This document shows positions 1 through 9,657 of a stretch of DNA of 64,000 bases, one piece after another (within the stretch, counting starts at the first letter, position 1; each line of letters opens with the position of its first letter). Under the pieces are notes generated by a model, which saw only the letters and a program-made list of their open reading frames with translations, did not search any database and was not told the DNA's origin. Position numbers and translations under genes: made by a program. The DNA comes from a bacterium. Lineage in GTDB: Bacteria; SZUA-182; DTGQ01; JAFGSM01. The stretch is taken from the NCBI GenBank assembly GCA_049472355.1, contig JBLIRP010000002.1:35252-99251 (forward strand), written 5' to 3'.

Positions 1-488
1 AAGGATGCCCTTTCAGTATCCTGATGATAATAGAGGTAGTTGAATCCCACATAAAAATGGAGCCGCCAATAATCCGGGTACGAGAGTAATCCCTTCTCCA
101 TGAGCGCGGTGCTCTGGTCGGGATTACCCCCCTCAAGGGCGAGTATGATGCCTCCGAACTCATAGGGATAGCGAAAGTGAGGGTCCAGCGTGGTGACGAG
201 ATCCAGTATGTGATAGAGCCATGTGTAGCTTCGATCGGTCAGATAGTGTCCGCCGAAATAGGCGATTGCCTTTATCCAGAGAAGATCTGCAGCCAGGGAA
301 TCAAATCCGAGGCACAGGGGCTTCAGGAATCTTCCGGTGGGAAGATACATCAACCGTTCCTCCCTGGCCCGCTTAAAGGAATGGTCAATGGATGTCTGCA
401 CGAAATAGACAGCGACAAAAAGAAGAAGGAGCGCAAGGAACCAGATCACAGAGCGGACGACACCGACATTACGGATGTTTATGGTCAT
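1..488 (-). CDS. Pilus-associated TPR-like membrane-anchored protein (PilG/XapA-like), 3' end outside window
   Basis: Not in ORF track because it runs off the edge. Hand translation from ATG 488 (SD GGAGGGGG): MTINIRNVGVVRSVIWFLALLLLFVAVYF...GFDSLAADLLWIKAIAYFG...VTTLDPHFRYPYEFGGIIL...PDYWRLHFYVGFNYLY; open to position 1; resembles proteins found downstream of deltaproteobacterial pilins. Confidence 0.7.
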   Translation of the reverse strand, partial: MTINIRNVGVVRSVIWFLALLLLFVAVYFVQTSIDHSFKRAREERLMYLPTGRFLKPLCLGFDSLAADLLWIKAIAYFGGHYLTDRSYTWLYHILDLVTTLDPHFRYPYEFGGIILALEGGNPDQSTALMEKGLLSYPDYWRLHFYVGFNYLYYHQDTERAS

Positions 489-2499
489 TTTCTCCCCCTC
501 CGTTAGGATCGCCTGTCAGGATCGGCACCTTCATCTGCGATCCGTCATACGCATGCGTGCCGCACCCCATCGATTCCAGTTTAGGATACAGTGTGCGGAG
601 ATCAAAATCAATGAGTTCCTTCTCATAGGGGATATGCGCCTTCCCTTCAAGACCGAGTCCCCGTATCCTCAGTATCTCCTCATATTCGGTGCATGCCGCC
701 CGGCGATCCCCGAGTGCCTCAAGGGTCAAGCCGAGCCAATAATACCCGGATAAACAATAAGGCTCGAGCCGTACCACCTGTTCAAAGGCATCCCGGGCAT
801 CACGGTATCGCTTCTGATGGAAAAGGGCCCTTCCCAGGCCGGAAAAACCCTTATGGAGATACGGGGCGAGCAGCAGGCACCGTCTAAACGCCGCCTCTGC
901 CCTGGTCACAAGCTCCGGCTGGGCAGGAAGGGCTTCATACAGATTCAGATATCCCATGCCCAGGGATAGGGGAAAATGGTGATCATTAGGATTGAGTGCC
1001 TGTGCGAGCCCTGCCTCGCTCAGTCCCTTTTCCAGGAAATCCGGATCCCGTGTCAGGCCGAACATCTTGAAATAGGCACCCCCAAGGGAGTTATGGTAGG
1101 GTGCGCACCCGAAATCAATTCGGACCGCCCGTTCAATGTCCCGTATGTCGGAGAAAGGATCTATGCCCTCGACCCTGTCAAATATCCTAAACCCGATATA
1201 CTCCCGGATGGGGATCCATGCGAGTGCGGCAACGACGACAAGGGAAGCCACGACCGCCGCCCTGGATCTTCTCTCTACAAGGGGAATCCACAAGGGTTTT
1301 CTCCCGATTTCAATGATCCGTATCTGCCTTACCCACACCAGCATAAGCAGCAAGAGGAACACGGTGGGAGGAATATGAAAGATAAAGTCCACCATGGAAT
1401 GGGCAAGGAGGGTCATCATCCCGACAAGAAGGGCCTTCTTTTCTCCGTGCATCCCGGCAAGACCGGCCTCTTTCTTCAGGCATTCCCGAAACACTATAAA
1501 AAGTAAGAAAAGTATCATCAGGATACCCGGTATGCCCATCTCCGCACCCACGTGGAGCAGTTCGTTATGGGCGTATCGCGCAACCCTCGCATAACGGGCC
1601 CACGTGCCCTCCACAGGAAAGGCGTACATGAACGAGTAGAAAGGGAAATTTCCGATTCCCACGCCGAGCAGGGGATGATCCCTCAGCATGGCAAGGGCGC
1701 CTTTCCACATTGACCATCGGCTGTAAGCATACACATCTGCGCGTCCCACCTCCATGATCCGCACCATGAGGGGATTCGGGATAAAAATGAAGAGTACGAA
1801 GGCCACCATCAGAACAGAGAGGACCTTCCACCTCGCTCGTGAGCACAAGACGAATCCCACTGCGCCCCCGGCAAGGGCAAGGAGCCCCCCCCGGGAGCCG
1901 GTCAGAAAAAGCGCGATCCCCATAAGGCCGACGAGCCCTGCCTTCGGCATCCATTGTGTGCGAAAGGGAGGATGAAATGCCATGCGAGCAATGATGAGCA
2001 TGCACAGGCAGGCAAGGAAGGCGGCAAGGTGGTTGGGATTGTAAAATGTCCCGGTGATCCTCACCTCGTGCATGAGAAACGCCTGATAGAACCCGATCAG
2101 GGACTGCACTACCCCCATGCCCACCATCCCCCAAAAGAGCGTTTCAATATCCCGGATAGAAAAGGTTTTGGCCATGTGAACATAAAAGAGGACGTAACAG
2201 GTTACCAAGATGAGACACCGTACTGCATTGTGGTGATAGCTTACGAAGATGCTGGAAAAGGCCGCAAGGGGAATGAATCCCAGGACCGGAAGATCGATGG
2301 CGGACCAGGCAATGCCCCATCCCCTCCGTCTCAATCCCTCCAGGAGACTTATGCCAAGGAGGAGGAGGGCCGAAATCTGGATGAAAAGACCCGGCAGCCT
2401 CGGTGTCCCGGCCTTGATCAGGGATGGCAGAAGGACCCCTGTCCATACGATGATGTGGATCAACCGGCGATCATACAATCCCTTATGTTGCTCAGACAT
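469..2499 (-). CDS. O-antigen ligase family (Wzy_C) protein with C-terminal TPRs; candidate pilin O-oligosaccharyltransferase
   Basis: Many TM segments; GTFYNPNHLA, TGSRGG, HPLLGVGIGNF and AHNELLH motifs; TPR-like C-terminus; directly downstream of pilins. Confidence 0.85.
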   Translation of the reverse strand: MSEQHKGLYDRRLIHIIVWTGVLLPSLIKAGTPRLPGLFIQISALLLLGISLLEGLRRRGWGIAWSAIDLPVLGFIPLAAFSSIFVSYHHNAVRCLILVTCYVLFYVHMAKTFSIRDIETLFWGMVGMGVVQSLIGFYQAFLMHEVRITGTFYNPNHLAAFLACLCMLIIARMAFHPPFRTQWMPKAGLVGLMGIALFLTGSRGGLLALAGGAVGFVLCSRARWKVLSVLMVAFVLFIFIPNPLMVRIMEVGRADVYAYSRWSMWKGALAMLRDHPLLGVGIGNFPFYSFMYAFPVEGTWARYARVARYAHNELLHVGAEMGIPGILMILFLLFIVFRECLKKEAGLAGMHGEKKALLVGMMTLLAHSMVDFIFHIPPTVFLLLLMLVWVRQIRIIEIGRKPLWIPLVERRSRAAVVASLVVVAALAWIPIREYIGFRIFDRVEGIDPFSDIRDIERAVRIDFGCAPYHNSLGGAYFKMFGLTRDPDFLEKGLSEAGLAQALNPNDHHFPLSLGMGYLNLYEALPAQPELVTRAEAAFRRCLLLAPYLHKGFSGLGRALFHQKRYRDARDAFEQVVRLEPYCLSGYYWLGLTLEALGDRRAACTEYEEILRIRGLGLEGKAHIPYEKELIDFDLRTLYPKLESMGCGTHAYDGSQMKVPILTGDPNGGGENDHKHP

Positions 2500-2606
2500 T
2501 TAAAACATCCTTATCGAGCGTGAGGGGGACTCGTGACCCTCTCCTCAATCGGGCGTGTACAAAACTTTCACCTTCAAGCGGTTGCGCCCCGCCGGGCGTA
2601 CAAAGG

Positions 2607-2642
2607 AGAAAAGGCCGCCCGGCATCCCGGACGGCCTTTTCT
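2607..2642 (-). terminator. Intrinsic terminator after pilin gene
   Basis: AGAAAAGGCCG...CGGCCTTTTCT inverted repeat with T-run, 20 bp past the pilin stop. Confidence 0.8.
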
Positions 2643-2662
2643 GATAATTCACCAGGAACGAA

Positions 2663-3151
2663 TCAATAGACGTTCTTGGCAGTTATCTGTGATATGTCGC
2701 TTCCCCCATTAGAGGCCTGATATTCAGCTTCCACGCCGTCAGCATCGAGGTCGCCGAATGCACTCGCCGAGAAGGCGGTTGAAGGAGTGCCTGTAGTTGT
2801 AACCGTGTAGACATAGTACACCTGGCCTGCAGGCTCAAACCCGAGGGCGGAGAATTCCGTTGCATCGGCCACCCATTGCTGTTTCGTTGCAAGTGGCGTA
2901 GCCGAAGGATACCGGGCGATGGTGCCGGCCGCTTCAGGATAGTACGCGTCCTCTTCGGCATTGTAGGCCTCTTGGACGGTCCTGATGGCGCCCAGGTTTG
3001 ACTTCGCCTCCGAGGTCTTCGCCTTCAGACGGAAGGTCAGGAAGTTCGGTATGGCGATTGCTGCCAGGATGCCGATGATAGCCACAACAATCATCAGCTC
3101 GATCAGGGTAAAACCTTTTTTGCTCTTTAAAAGCCTTAACATGGTGGTCAC
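2663..3151 (-). CDS. pilA: Type IVa pilin (probable major pilin)
   Basis: [25 protein letters not shown] prepilin motif; SD GGGAGGT; followed by terminator. Confidence 0.92.
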   Translation of the reverse strand: MTTMLRLLKSKKGFTLIELMIVVAIIGILAAIAIPNFLTFRLKAKTSEAKSNLGAIRTVQEAYNAEEDAYYPEAAGTIARYPSATPLATKQQWVADATEFSALGFEPAGQVYYVYTVTTTGTPSTAFSASAFGDLDADGVEAEYQASNGGSDISQITAKNVY

Positions 3152-3224
3152 CTCCCCTTGGTTATATGGTTAATAATAAAATATACCGTTTACGTCCGCA
3201 ATGTCTTGCCGTTGAACCGGACCG

Positions 3225-3701
3225 TTAGTATACGTTCTTTGCCGTCTCCTGGACAATCTCGCTGTCTTTGGTGATATAGAATTGTGATATTACGCCGTCC
3301 CCGTCAAGGTCTCCGTATGCTGAAGCCCTGAAGTTCTGTAAATATGTCTCGGCGTTGTTCTGTCCTACGGAATAGCGAAAGTAGACCTGACCGGTGGGCT
3401 CGAAGGCGATGGCGGAGAATTCGGTAACCGAAATGAACCACGATTCCTTCGTTGTGGTCGGGTTACTCGCAGGATACTGGGCTATGGGCCCATAGTAGAC
3501 GTCACATTCAGTGTGGTATGCCTCCTCGCCAAGCCGTATCGACCCGAGGTTCGATTTCGCCTCTGCCATCTTCGCCTTGAGCCTGAAGGTAAGGAAATTG
3601 GGGATGGCAATGGCTGCCAGGATGCCGATGATCGCAACAACAATCATCAACTCGATCAACGTAAAACCCTTTTTTTGGAGCATCATTTTCATTATGATCA
3701 C
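3225..3701 (-). CDS. Second type IVa pilin, paralog of 2663-3151
   Basis: Identical first 32 mature residues; shared FEP.GQVY, GDLD.DG and TAKNVY C-terminus. Confidence 0.92.
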   Translation of the reverse strand: MIIMKMMLQKKGFTLIELMIVVAIIGILAAIAIPNFLTFRLKAKMAEAKSNLGSIRLGEEAYHTECDVYYGPIAQYPASNPTTTKESWFISVTEFSAIAFEPTGQVYFRYSVGQNNAETYLQNFRASAYGDLDGDGVISQFYITKDSEIVQETAKNVY

Positions 3702-3763
3702 CGCCCCTTTCTACAATCGTTATTGAATCTATTTCGTTTGATTTCGTTTGATCCCATGATAGA

Positions 3764-3779
3764 AGCAATCGATGTGCCA
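3764..3779 (-). promoter_or_regulatory. Sigma54 (-24/-12) promoter of the pilin genes
   Basis: Minus strand TGGCAC-ATCGA-TTGCT, a perfect consensus about 60 bp upstream of the pilin ORF. Confidence 0.88.
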
Positions 3780-3867
3780 CAAGAGAAAATATCATGTAAG
3801 TAATTGTAATAAAATATGTTATTGTCTTAATCCTCCCCGGTGGGCACCTCTTCCAGCACCGGGCGAC

Positions 3868-4016
3868 TGACAGATTTTGTCACCTATACCTGTATATGCG
3901 GCAAGGCGCAGGGAACGACAGGGCTAACTTTAGGATAATCTATTGAAATTTAATACTTAATTTGATTCCATTGCTGTCATATGACGAATTCTGTTCAGAG
4001 TTGACAAATTTTGGCA
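3868..4016. promoter_or_regulatory. Candidate enhancer-binding-protein (PilR-like) sites
   Basis: TGACA-GATTT-TGTCA palindrome at 3868-3882 and TGACA-AATTT-TGGCA at 4002-4016, upstream of the sigma54 promoter. Confidence 0.55.
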
Positions 4017-4021
4017 CCTCT

Positions 4022-5323
4022 TTAAAACACGAGGTTCAGGCCGATATTTATCTGATAGGTTTGGTAGTCGAAGGTATCCGGCGAATCCAGGACATCTTCC
4101 TCTGAAATATTCGTATTCCGCTGCCTGTACGAGCCGTTGATGGTGCCCCAGATCCAATCGAGGAACTGATAATCCAAACCCGCCCGGGCTTCGTACATCT
4201 CGTCCTTGCGGGGGACATTCTTATAATCGGAATAGGTGTAGGCGAGGTCGATCCATGTCCCCACCTTGTAGGTAAGCTGGTGATCGAGGCCCAGACTTCC
4301 CATGCTCGAGTAGTAGAATTCGGCTTCCGTGCCCGAATATTGAAAGGTTGAATCCTCGATCCTTCGTTCCATGGCAAGCGCAAGGGAGGTAAATTCCGAA
4401 AACGTCTGTTTCAGATCAACCGCAACCTTCCACGTCTCCGGCATGCGGTCCCCTGTGCCTGATGCATCGTTATATTCCTTCCACTGATACCCCCCCTTGA
4501 TTGCGCCGGAGAGTTTTGCAGTGGCCTCCCATTCAAGGCCCGTAAGGAGGCTCTGTGTCGTTGAATCCCTCCTCTCCGCCTGGACCGGCTCGCAGTAATC
4601 ACTGGCAATATACCCGTATTCGAGGAGTATGGCGGTCTTGGTGAATGGCCTGAGGGTTGCCTTGGCAGTGAAGGTCAGTACATCCCGGTTTCTGTCGTCC
4701 GCAATTGCGCTGTCCTCATACCGATGCTCGACAAGGTCGGCATTCAGGGCAATGCCGAAACGGTCCCTCATATTCAGCCTCACCCCGACCCGGGCATCCG
4801 TCTCCCTGCGATTCTCCGCACGGTCCTCGGTGCTGGGGGGATCGGATGTCTTGCGATAGCGATACCCCCCGTCCACGAAAAGTCCATGGCCGGATTTTCC
4901 TAACTGGATATCGAATGCTGAATCCAGGTCGAAAAGGTCCTTGTCGTCCACATCCCTGATGTCATACCGGAATATTTCAAACAGGTAGCTCAACCGGAAC
5001 CGATAGTTCGTCTTCTGCCAGTCACAACGCACCCCGGGCACATAGGAGCGATAACCGCTGGTCTTCTCATACCCCTTCCGCGCCAGATAGGGATTATCGA
5101 CGAATCCCTCGGTAACATTAAAAAAGGGGTGAATCTCCAGGGAGCCGAAATGGATGTTGCCGATACCCTCCACGGGCGTGACAAGGAACATACAAAAAAG
5201 GAAGAGCATAAGGACGGCCCAAAGAAGCCTGCCAGGATAATCTATCGCCATACCTTTCCTTTTTTTTTTCCAATCCTGTTGCAGAGTAGTCCTCTCCACG
5301 TGAAGGAAACCCCCTTTAGTCAT
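4022..5323 (-). CDS. Outer-membrane beta-barrel protein (polysaccharide-export-associated porin type)
   Basis: Signal-like hydrophobic stretch, alternating amphipathic strands, C-terminal ...IGLNLVF; true start may be internal (MAID...). Confidence 0.75.
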   Translation of the reverse strand: MTKGGFLHVERTTLQQDWKKKRKGMAIDYPGRLLWAVLMLFLFCMFLVTPVEGIGNIHFGSLEIHPFFNVTEGFVDNPYLARKGYEKTSGYRSYVPGVRCDWQKTNYRFRLSYLFEIFRYDIRDVDDKDLFDLDSAFDIQLGKSGHGLFVDGGYRYRKTSDPPSTEDRAENRRETDARVGVRLNMRDRFGIALNADLVEHRYEDSAIADDRNRDVLTFTAKATLRPFTKTAILLEYGYIASDYCEPVQAERRDSTTQSLLTGLEWEATAKLSGAIKGGYQWKEYNDASGTGDRMPETWKVAVDLKQTFSEFTSLALAMERRIEDSTFQYSGTEAEFYYSSMGSLGLDHQLTYKVGTWIDLAYTYSDYKNVPRKDEMYEARAGLDYQFLDWIWGTINGSYRQRNTNISEEDVLDSPDTFDYQTYQINIGLNLVF

Positions 5324-5352
5324 TATCGGCGCATCCGTGCATTTTCCATGGG

Positions 5353-6873
5353 CTAAAGCCTTGCCTGGATACGGTAGCGGATTCGTTCCTGTGATTTCGG
5401 GGCGATGGAGATCTCAAACCGGAGCGCATGGGCCGCCTCCTTTTTCCACTGATGAGAGCTTTCCAGTACCTGCCATTCCCCGGGCACGGACTCGATGACC
5501 ACCACCCATGCAGCCTGGTCCTTTTGGTTGCGAAGGATGATCTCCCAGGCCACTTCGATGAGATTGGGGGCCGGTTTCCTCCAATCCGTCTGATTTCTCT
5601 CCACAACAAGGTCGAAGGCATACCCGGTCTGTATACGCACCTTTTCATCCTCAGGGGTATGGGGGATCCTGTCTTCACCCAGGAACTGGATCATGCCCTT
5701 TGAGTCGGCGGTATAGACCCTGACGATGCCCTCGGGCAGCGGAAGGCCCAGGTGAAATGTCTTTCTGTTTTCAAATTCCAGAAAAACGCCGACCCTCTGG
5801 GGCCTTTCCTCATCCCGTGATTTGTAACGGTAGAACTGCTCACCGCCGTAGTATCGGGGCTCCTTCTTCACCGGTATTCGCTCTGTGGAAAAAAGACGTA
5901 TCTGCTTTTCCTGATTCCCCTTGATGTCCAGCGTTTCCGGGACATCGTACAGATGGTACTCGAACACCTCCTCCTCCGATATCCCTCGCGTCATCAACGC
6001 GGCGTCTCCTGCCTCCCGCATCCGGATAAGCCGCGGTTTTTCGGTCTCGACCCTGCCGACCTTCCCGGCCATGAGTTGGAGATGCGTGTTGTTGAAGGGC
6101 TCTCCCGTCTTGTTGACGATGGTGACCAACCCCTGGAGGTCTCCCCTGGTCTGTTCCGCATTGAGCACAAGCACATAATCCGCATTCCAGTCGATATTCT
6201 CCGTGAGATAGCTCACCGCAACGGATTGCCTTCCACCTTGAGAGGCAGCAATCTTCCATGTCAATGAGGGCTCATTTCCGAGGTCCACGGGAAGTTCCGG
6301 CAGTACGACCCTCCCGGGATGCCCGATATGAATCTCATCCCCGATCCTGAAGACAGGCCCCTGCGTGGTGCTCACCAATTCCGCCTTGAGCGCGCCCTTT
6401 TTGCCCGAAAAATCATCCTTGTCCACAAGTCTGACCGTCTTGCCCACATACCTCTCCATAAGGGCCTGAGGGGTAACAGGGTTATATTCATAATTCTGCT
6501 CCGCAACATCCAGGGTCCCGGCGCTGCCCATGGATTTCACCCGTACCGAGGCAGGGATGATATGGGGCGACACATCCCGGAACCGCAGTTCCGCCTTCCC
6601 GCCGGGAAGGGTTATCTCCCGTATGTCCTGGACCAGGGCAAAATTATCGTTGTAGATGGTTATCCTTATGTCCCTTCGGTCCGCTTCCGTGGTTTCAAGG
6701 GAAGGGGTGCCCTTGATCTCCAGCGATGTTTCACCGGCACCGGTGATCCCCTGCACGATCCCCTTCTCTCCAGCCATCGGCATGACCTGGGCGGTGCACT
6801 CATGAAGGCCCCAACAAATAACAGTGATAATGAAAAGCGCAAAAACCAGGGTATAATACGGCCTCTTATTCAT
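5353..6873 (-). CDS. DUF4139/DUF4140-type exported protein
   Basis: ITIYNDNFALVQD, EQNYEY, W.ADY, LGLPLP.G.VRVY and GEDRIPHTP motifs; N-terminal signal. Confidence 0.8.
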   Translation of the reverse strand: MNKRPYYTLVFALFIITVICWGLHECTAQVMPMAGEKGIVQGITGAGETSLEIKGTPSLETTEADRRDIRITIYNDNFALVQDIREITLPGGKAELRFRDVSPHIIPASVRVKSMGSAGTLDVAEQNYEYNPVTPQALMERYVGKTVRLVDKDDFSGKKGALKAELVSTTQGPVFRIGDEIHIGHPGRVVLPELPVDLGNEPSLTWKIAASQGGRQSVAVSYLTENIDWNADYVLVLNAEQTRGDLQGLVTIVNKTGEPFNNTHLQLMAGKVGRVETEKPRLIRMREAGDAALMTRGISEEEVFEYHLYDVPETLDIKGNQEKQIRLFSTERIPVKKEPRYYGGEQFYRYKSRDEERPQRVGVFLEFENRKTFHLGLPLPEGIVRVYTADSKGMIQFLGEDRIPHTPEDEKVRIQTGYAFDLVVERNQTDWRKPAPNLIEVAWEIILRNQKDQAAWVVVIESVPGEWQVLESSHQWKKEAAHALRFEISIAPKSQERIRYRIQARL

Positions 6874-6921
6874 CTTTGTCCCCCTCCATCAATTTAAATG
6901 ATCGATTCTTCCAATGGTATC

Positions 6922-7111
6922 AATCCGTTCAGCCATGCCAAGCCTCGGGCAGGCAGCGAAGCTCTCCGGCCCTCAGCTTCAGTACATTGAAACGGTCATG
7001 AAGGTTGGTTCTCTGAGTGCGCTCTATTCAGCCCATAGTCGAATGCCACATCAGGTTCCCAATACCAAGGGCGTTCCTCTTTGGCAACAGCAGCCCACCG
7101 AACGAATCCCC
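6922..7111 (-). ncRNA. ssrS: Probable 6S RNA
   Basis: 190 nt rod: AUUCGUUCGGU pairs with GCUGAACGGAU, UGCCAA with UUGGCA, GCCCUUGGU with GCUGAGGGC; central GGGAACCUGA...UCAGAGAACCAACCU resembles the 6S GGGAGC...CCCACCU signature. Confidence 0.65.
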
Positions 7112-7175
7112 AATAATTCACACTGTTATATATCCCATTTGACATGCCGAATGCAATTGCCGTAAAGTACCCGGT

Positions 7176-7952
7176 ATGATCGATCTTCACTGCCACATCT
7201 TGCCGGGGCTGGATGACGGCTCCCAAAATATCGAAGAATCAATAATGATGTCCCGCATCGCTTATCAAGACGGCATTAGAACCATCGTGGCTACTCCCCA
7301 TACCATGAATGGAATGTTTGTCAACGATCGAGAGATCATCCTGGCAGAGGTGGAACGATTGAACAATTGCCTTGCAGGAGAAAGGCTGGATCTGCGCATT
7401 CTTCCAGGGGCCGATGTACATGTAAATTACAATATACCCGATCTGATCAGGGAGGGAAAGGCGACGACCGTGAATGACAACGGGAGATACATCCTCCTTG
7501 AATTCCCTCATCAACTCGTTCCCCCGGGAATACCCGAGCTCGTATTTCAGCTCAAACTTCAGGGAATCACCCCCATTTTCACCCATCCCGAACGAAACAC
7601 TGCAATTCAAGGAGATTTGAATATCATTCTGCGATTAATTGAGCAGGGAGCCCTGACTCAAATCACTGCAGATAGTCTGACCGGTGAATTCGGTGCCATG
7701 GCTTATAAAACCGCTGTTAAAATGCTCAAACATAATCTCGCTCATATTATTGCTTCGGATGCACATTCCGCTAAAATACGCGTACCGATGCTTTCACATG
7801 CAATGCATGAGGCATCTAAGATGACCGGGGAAAATGGAGCGGAGGCTATGGTCACGACAATCCCGCAGGCGATCATTGACGGGAAGGTCATTAATGACCT
7901 TCTTGATCCAATCAGGCCCAAAAAATCCCTTTTAAAAAAATTGCTTGGATGA
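7176..7952 (+). CDS. CpsB/CapC-family PHP tyrosine-protein phosphatase
   Basis: MIDLHCHILPGLDDGS, ATPH, HPERN and ASDAH motifs. Confidence 0.93.
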   Translation: MIDLHCHILPGLDDGSQNIEESIMMSRIAYQDGIRTIVATPHTMNGMFVNDREIILAEVERLNNCLAGERLDLRILPGADVHVNYNIPDLIREGKATTVNDNGRYILLEFPHQLVPPGIPELVFQLKLQGITPIFTHPERNTAIQGDLNIILRLIEQGALTQITADSLTGEFGAMAYKTAVKMLKHNLAHIIASDAHSAKIRVPMLSHAMHEASKMTGENGAEAMVTTIPQAIIDGKVINDLLDPIRPKKSLLKKLLG

Positions 7953-8023
7953 TGGGGATTGAAATCCTTTTTGTAAGGCCATGGAAAAGCGGTCCATGCG
8001 TTGATAAGGATTAATAATGTATA

Positions 8024-8959
8024 TCAGGCCATAAATAAAGAGATTTCCAATTTTTCCATGATCTTATATATGGGTTTTTCCTTATGTTTAATAATGGTCA
8101 GAGCGGCATCCGCCATTTGGCATACCTCTTTAACCTTTGCTTGAGAAAGATCGGTTTTTTTCAATCTAAAAGGCAATTGCTGCAGAAATGATTGATCGGA
8201 TTCAAGTCTCATGGAAGCAATCAAAGGGATGATCTCAGAAAGTTGATTATATAAAATATCGCCGTTTTCAAAATCAAAAGGAAAACTCCCAAAGGACACG
8301 ATCACTTCCTGTCCGATCCGTTGCATCTCATTTTCGACAATTCCGGCATTTGCTCCTTGCCATGTCTTATTAAAAATCATCATCGCAATCTTCAGATCCA
8401 GGCCAATGGATTCTAAATCTTCTTCCTTCTCCGGTTTTCCGGAAGGGGGCATTCTCTCCTTTAAATCCTGTCTCAAGGCCTGGAAAAATCGGGTGAGAAA
8501 ACGCTCTATATTCATTGAATTCAAAAGCGTCTCATTCAAAGGAAGCAATTCATTCACCACCTGAAAAAATTTGTGTTTCTGGCTTGATCTTACATTAAGA
8601 TAACCCAGGAAATACCCAAAAGAAATGACAGGATCGAAATGGATCAGGCATTGCATGATCCGGTGAGGAAAACCTTCTTTATTTACCTTTTCAAGGCTAA
8701 AGAGAAGAATGGGTACTATTGATTCGGCATCCTGCCCCTGAATGGTTTCCATTGCGGCTTGCGCATTATCTTTGTTGTCCGATGAAAGAAATTGAGCCAT
8801 GGTCGCCTTGCTTGAAGATGACAGCCGCTTTTTTGTTTCTCTCTTTAATGACTCTCTTGATCGTATAAGGGCAAAGAGTCCATCAAGCCAAGGGAAAAGA
8901 TCCAATTTACGTTCTTTCCATTGAGATTCCAAATCGTTAAAATCCAATTCGATTTTCAT
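8024..8959 (-). CDS. Hypothetical, helical (HEAT-like) protein
   Basis: 311-codon ORF in AT-rich DNA; no family recognised. Confidence 0.65.
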   Translation of the reverse strand: MKIELDFNDLESQWKERKLDLFPWLDGLFALIRSRESLKRETKKRLSSSSKATMAQFLSSDNKDNAQAAMETIQGQDAESIVPILLFSLEKVNKEGFPHRIMQCLIHFDPVISFGYFLGYLNVRSSQKHKFFQVVNELLPLNETLLNSMNIERFLTRFFQALRQDLKERMPPSGKPEKEEDLESIGLDLKIAMMIFNKTWQGANAGIVENEMQRIGQEVIVSFGSFPFDFENGDILYNQLSEIIPLIASMRLESDQSFLQQLPFRLKKTDLSQAKVKEVCQMADAALTIIKHKEKPIYKIMEKLEISLFMA

Positions 8960-9387
8960 AAGAGCCCTTTGATGAGATTATTATTCATAGACGATCTGAA
9001 TATGATAAAAATAAAAAAAATGGCGCGCGCCGCCCTTTTAGCGATCATGAATTACCATAGATTCGCCATATTTTTTATTGAAAATCGACAACTATGATTG
9101 ACGACCCAAGAAAATTTCCTGGTCCGTAGTATAACAAAAACAACCGCTGATTTAAAAAATCTTGAAAAATTGCTCGTAAAAATGTCAGAATCAGTGCTCG
9201 ATTTCCCTTGGAAATCAACGGCCAAAATGGTCTGGGATACGCACTTGACAAGGATTGCGACTTAATATATAAGAAAAGCGGCCCTTTTACAAGGGTTCAG
9301 CATCGGAATATATTTAGCATTTACTGCATATCGTCAATAAATCCACTTTCCCTTAAGTCTGAAAATATAGCAAATCAAAATATCGGC

Positions 9388-9416
9388 TTGACATTTACCT
9401 TATAATGACATATTCT
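9388..9416 (+). promoter_or_regulatory. Sigma70-type promoter
   Basis: TTGACA-17bp-TATTCT; a second TTGACA-17bp-TATAAG lies at 9245-9273. Confidence 0.55.
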
Positions 9417-9497
9417 AACAGTTCGAATTAGTATTCACGAAACCATGAAAAGTGATGCACCGAGTCACGGAGAGGAGCATAGGAACGAATTCTCTCA

Positions 9498-9586
9498 TTA
9501 AACTGCCCCGCCGCAAGCAGCGGAGCATTAAATCAAATTTTTTCGGGTCGCTCCAAGGGGCGGGAATTAAACGCGCAGAGATTAAA
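9498..9586. repeat. Degenerate REP/MITE-like element
   Basis: TTAAACTGCCCCGCCGCAAGCAGCGG...CCAAGGGGCGGGAATTAAACGCGCAGAGATTAAA: GC-rich hairpins in AT-rich DNA, recalled as an IS200/605-associated type of small repeat. Confidence 0.4.
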
Positions 9587-9657
9587 TGTGCATCACATTT
9601 TTGTGAATTATCCATAATTTTAAAAAACTTTGGCCTTCAAGAAGAAAGAGTCAATGT

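Noticed and set aside
6914..7226. 83-aa and 76-aa ORFs
   Set aside because: They overlap the 6S-like RNA and show no protein features
9598..9617. Rex-like TTTGTGAA half-site (also near 34970-34982)
   Set aside because: Only half-sites in AT-rich DNA; could be chance
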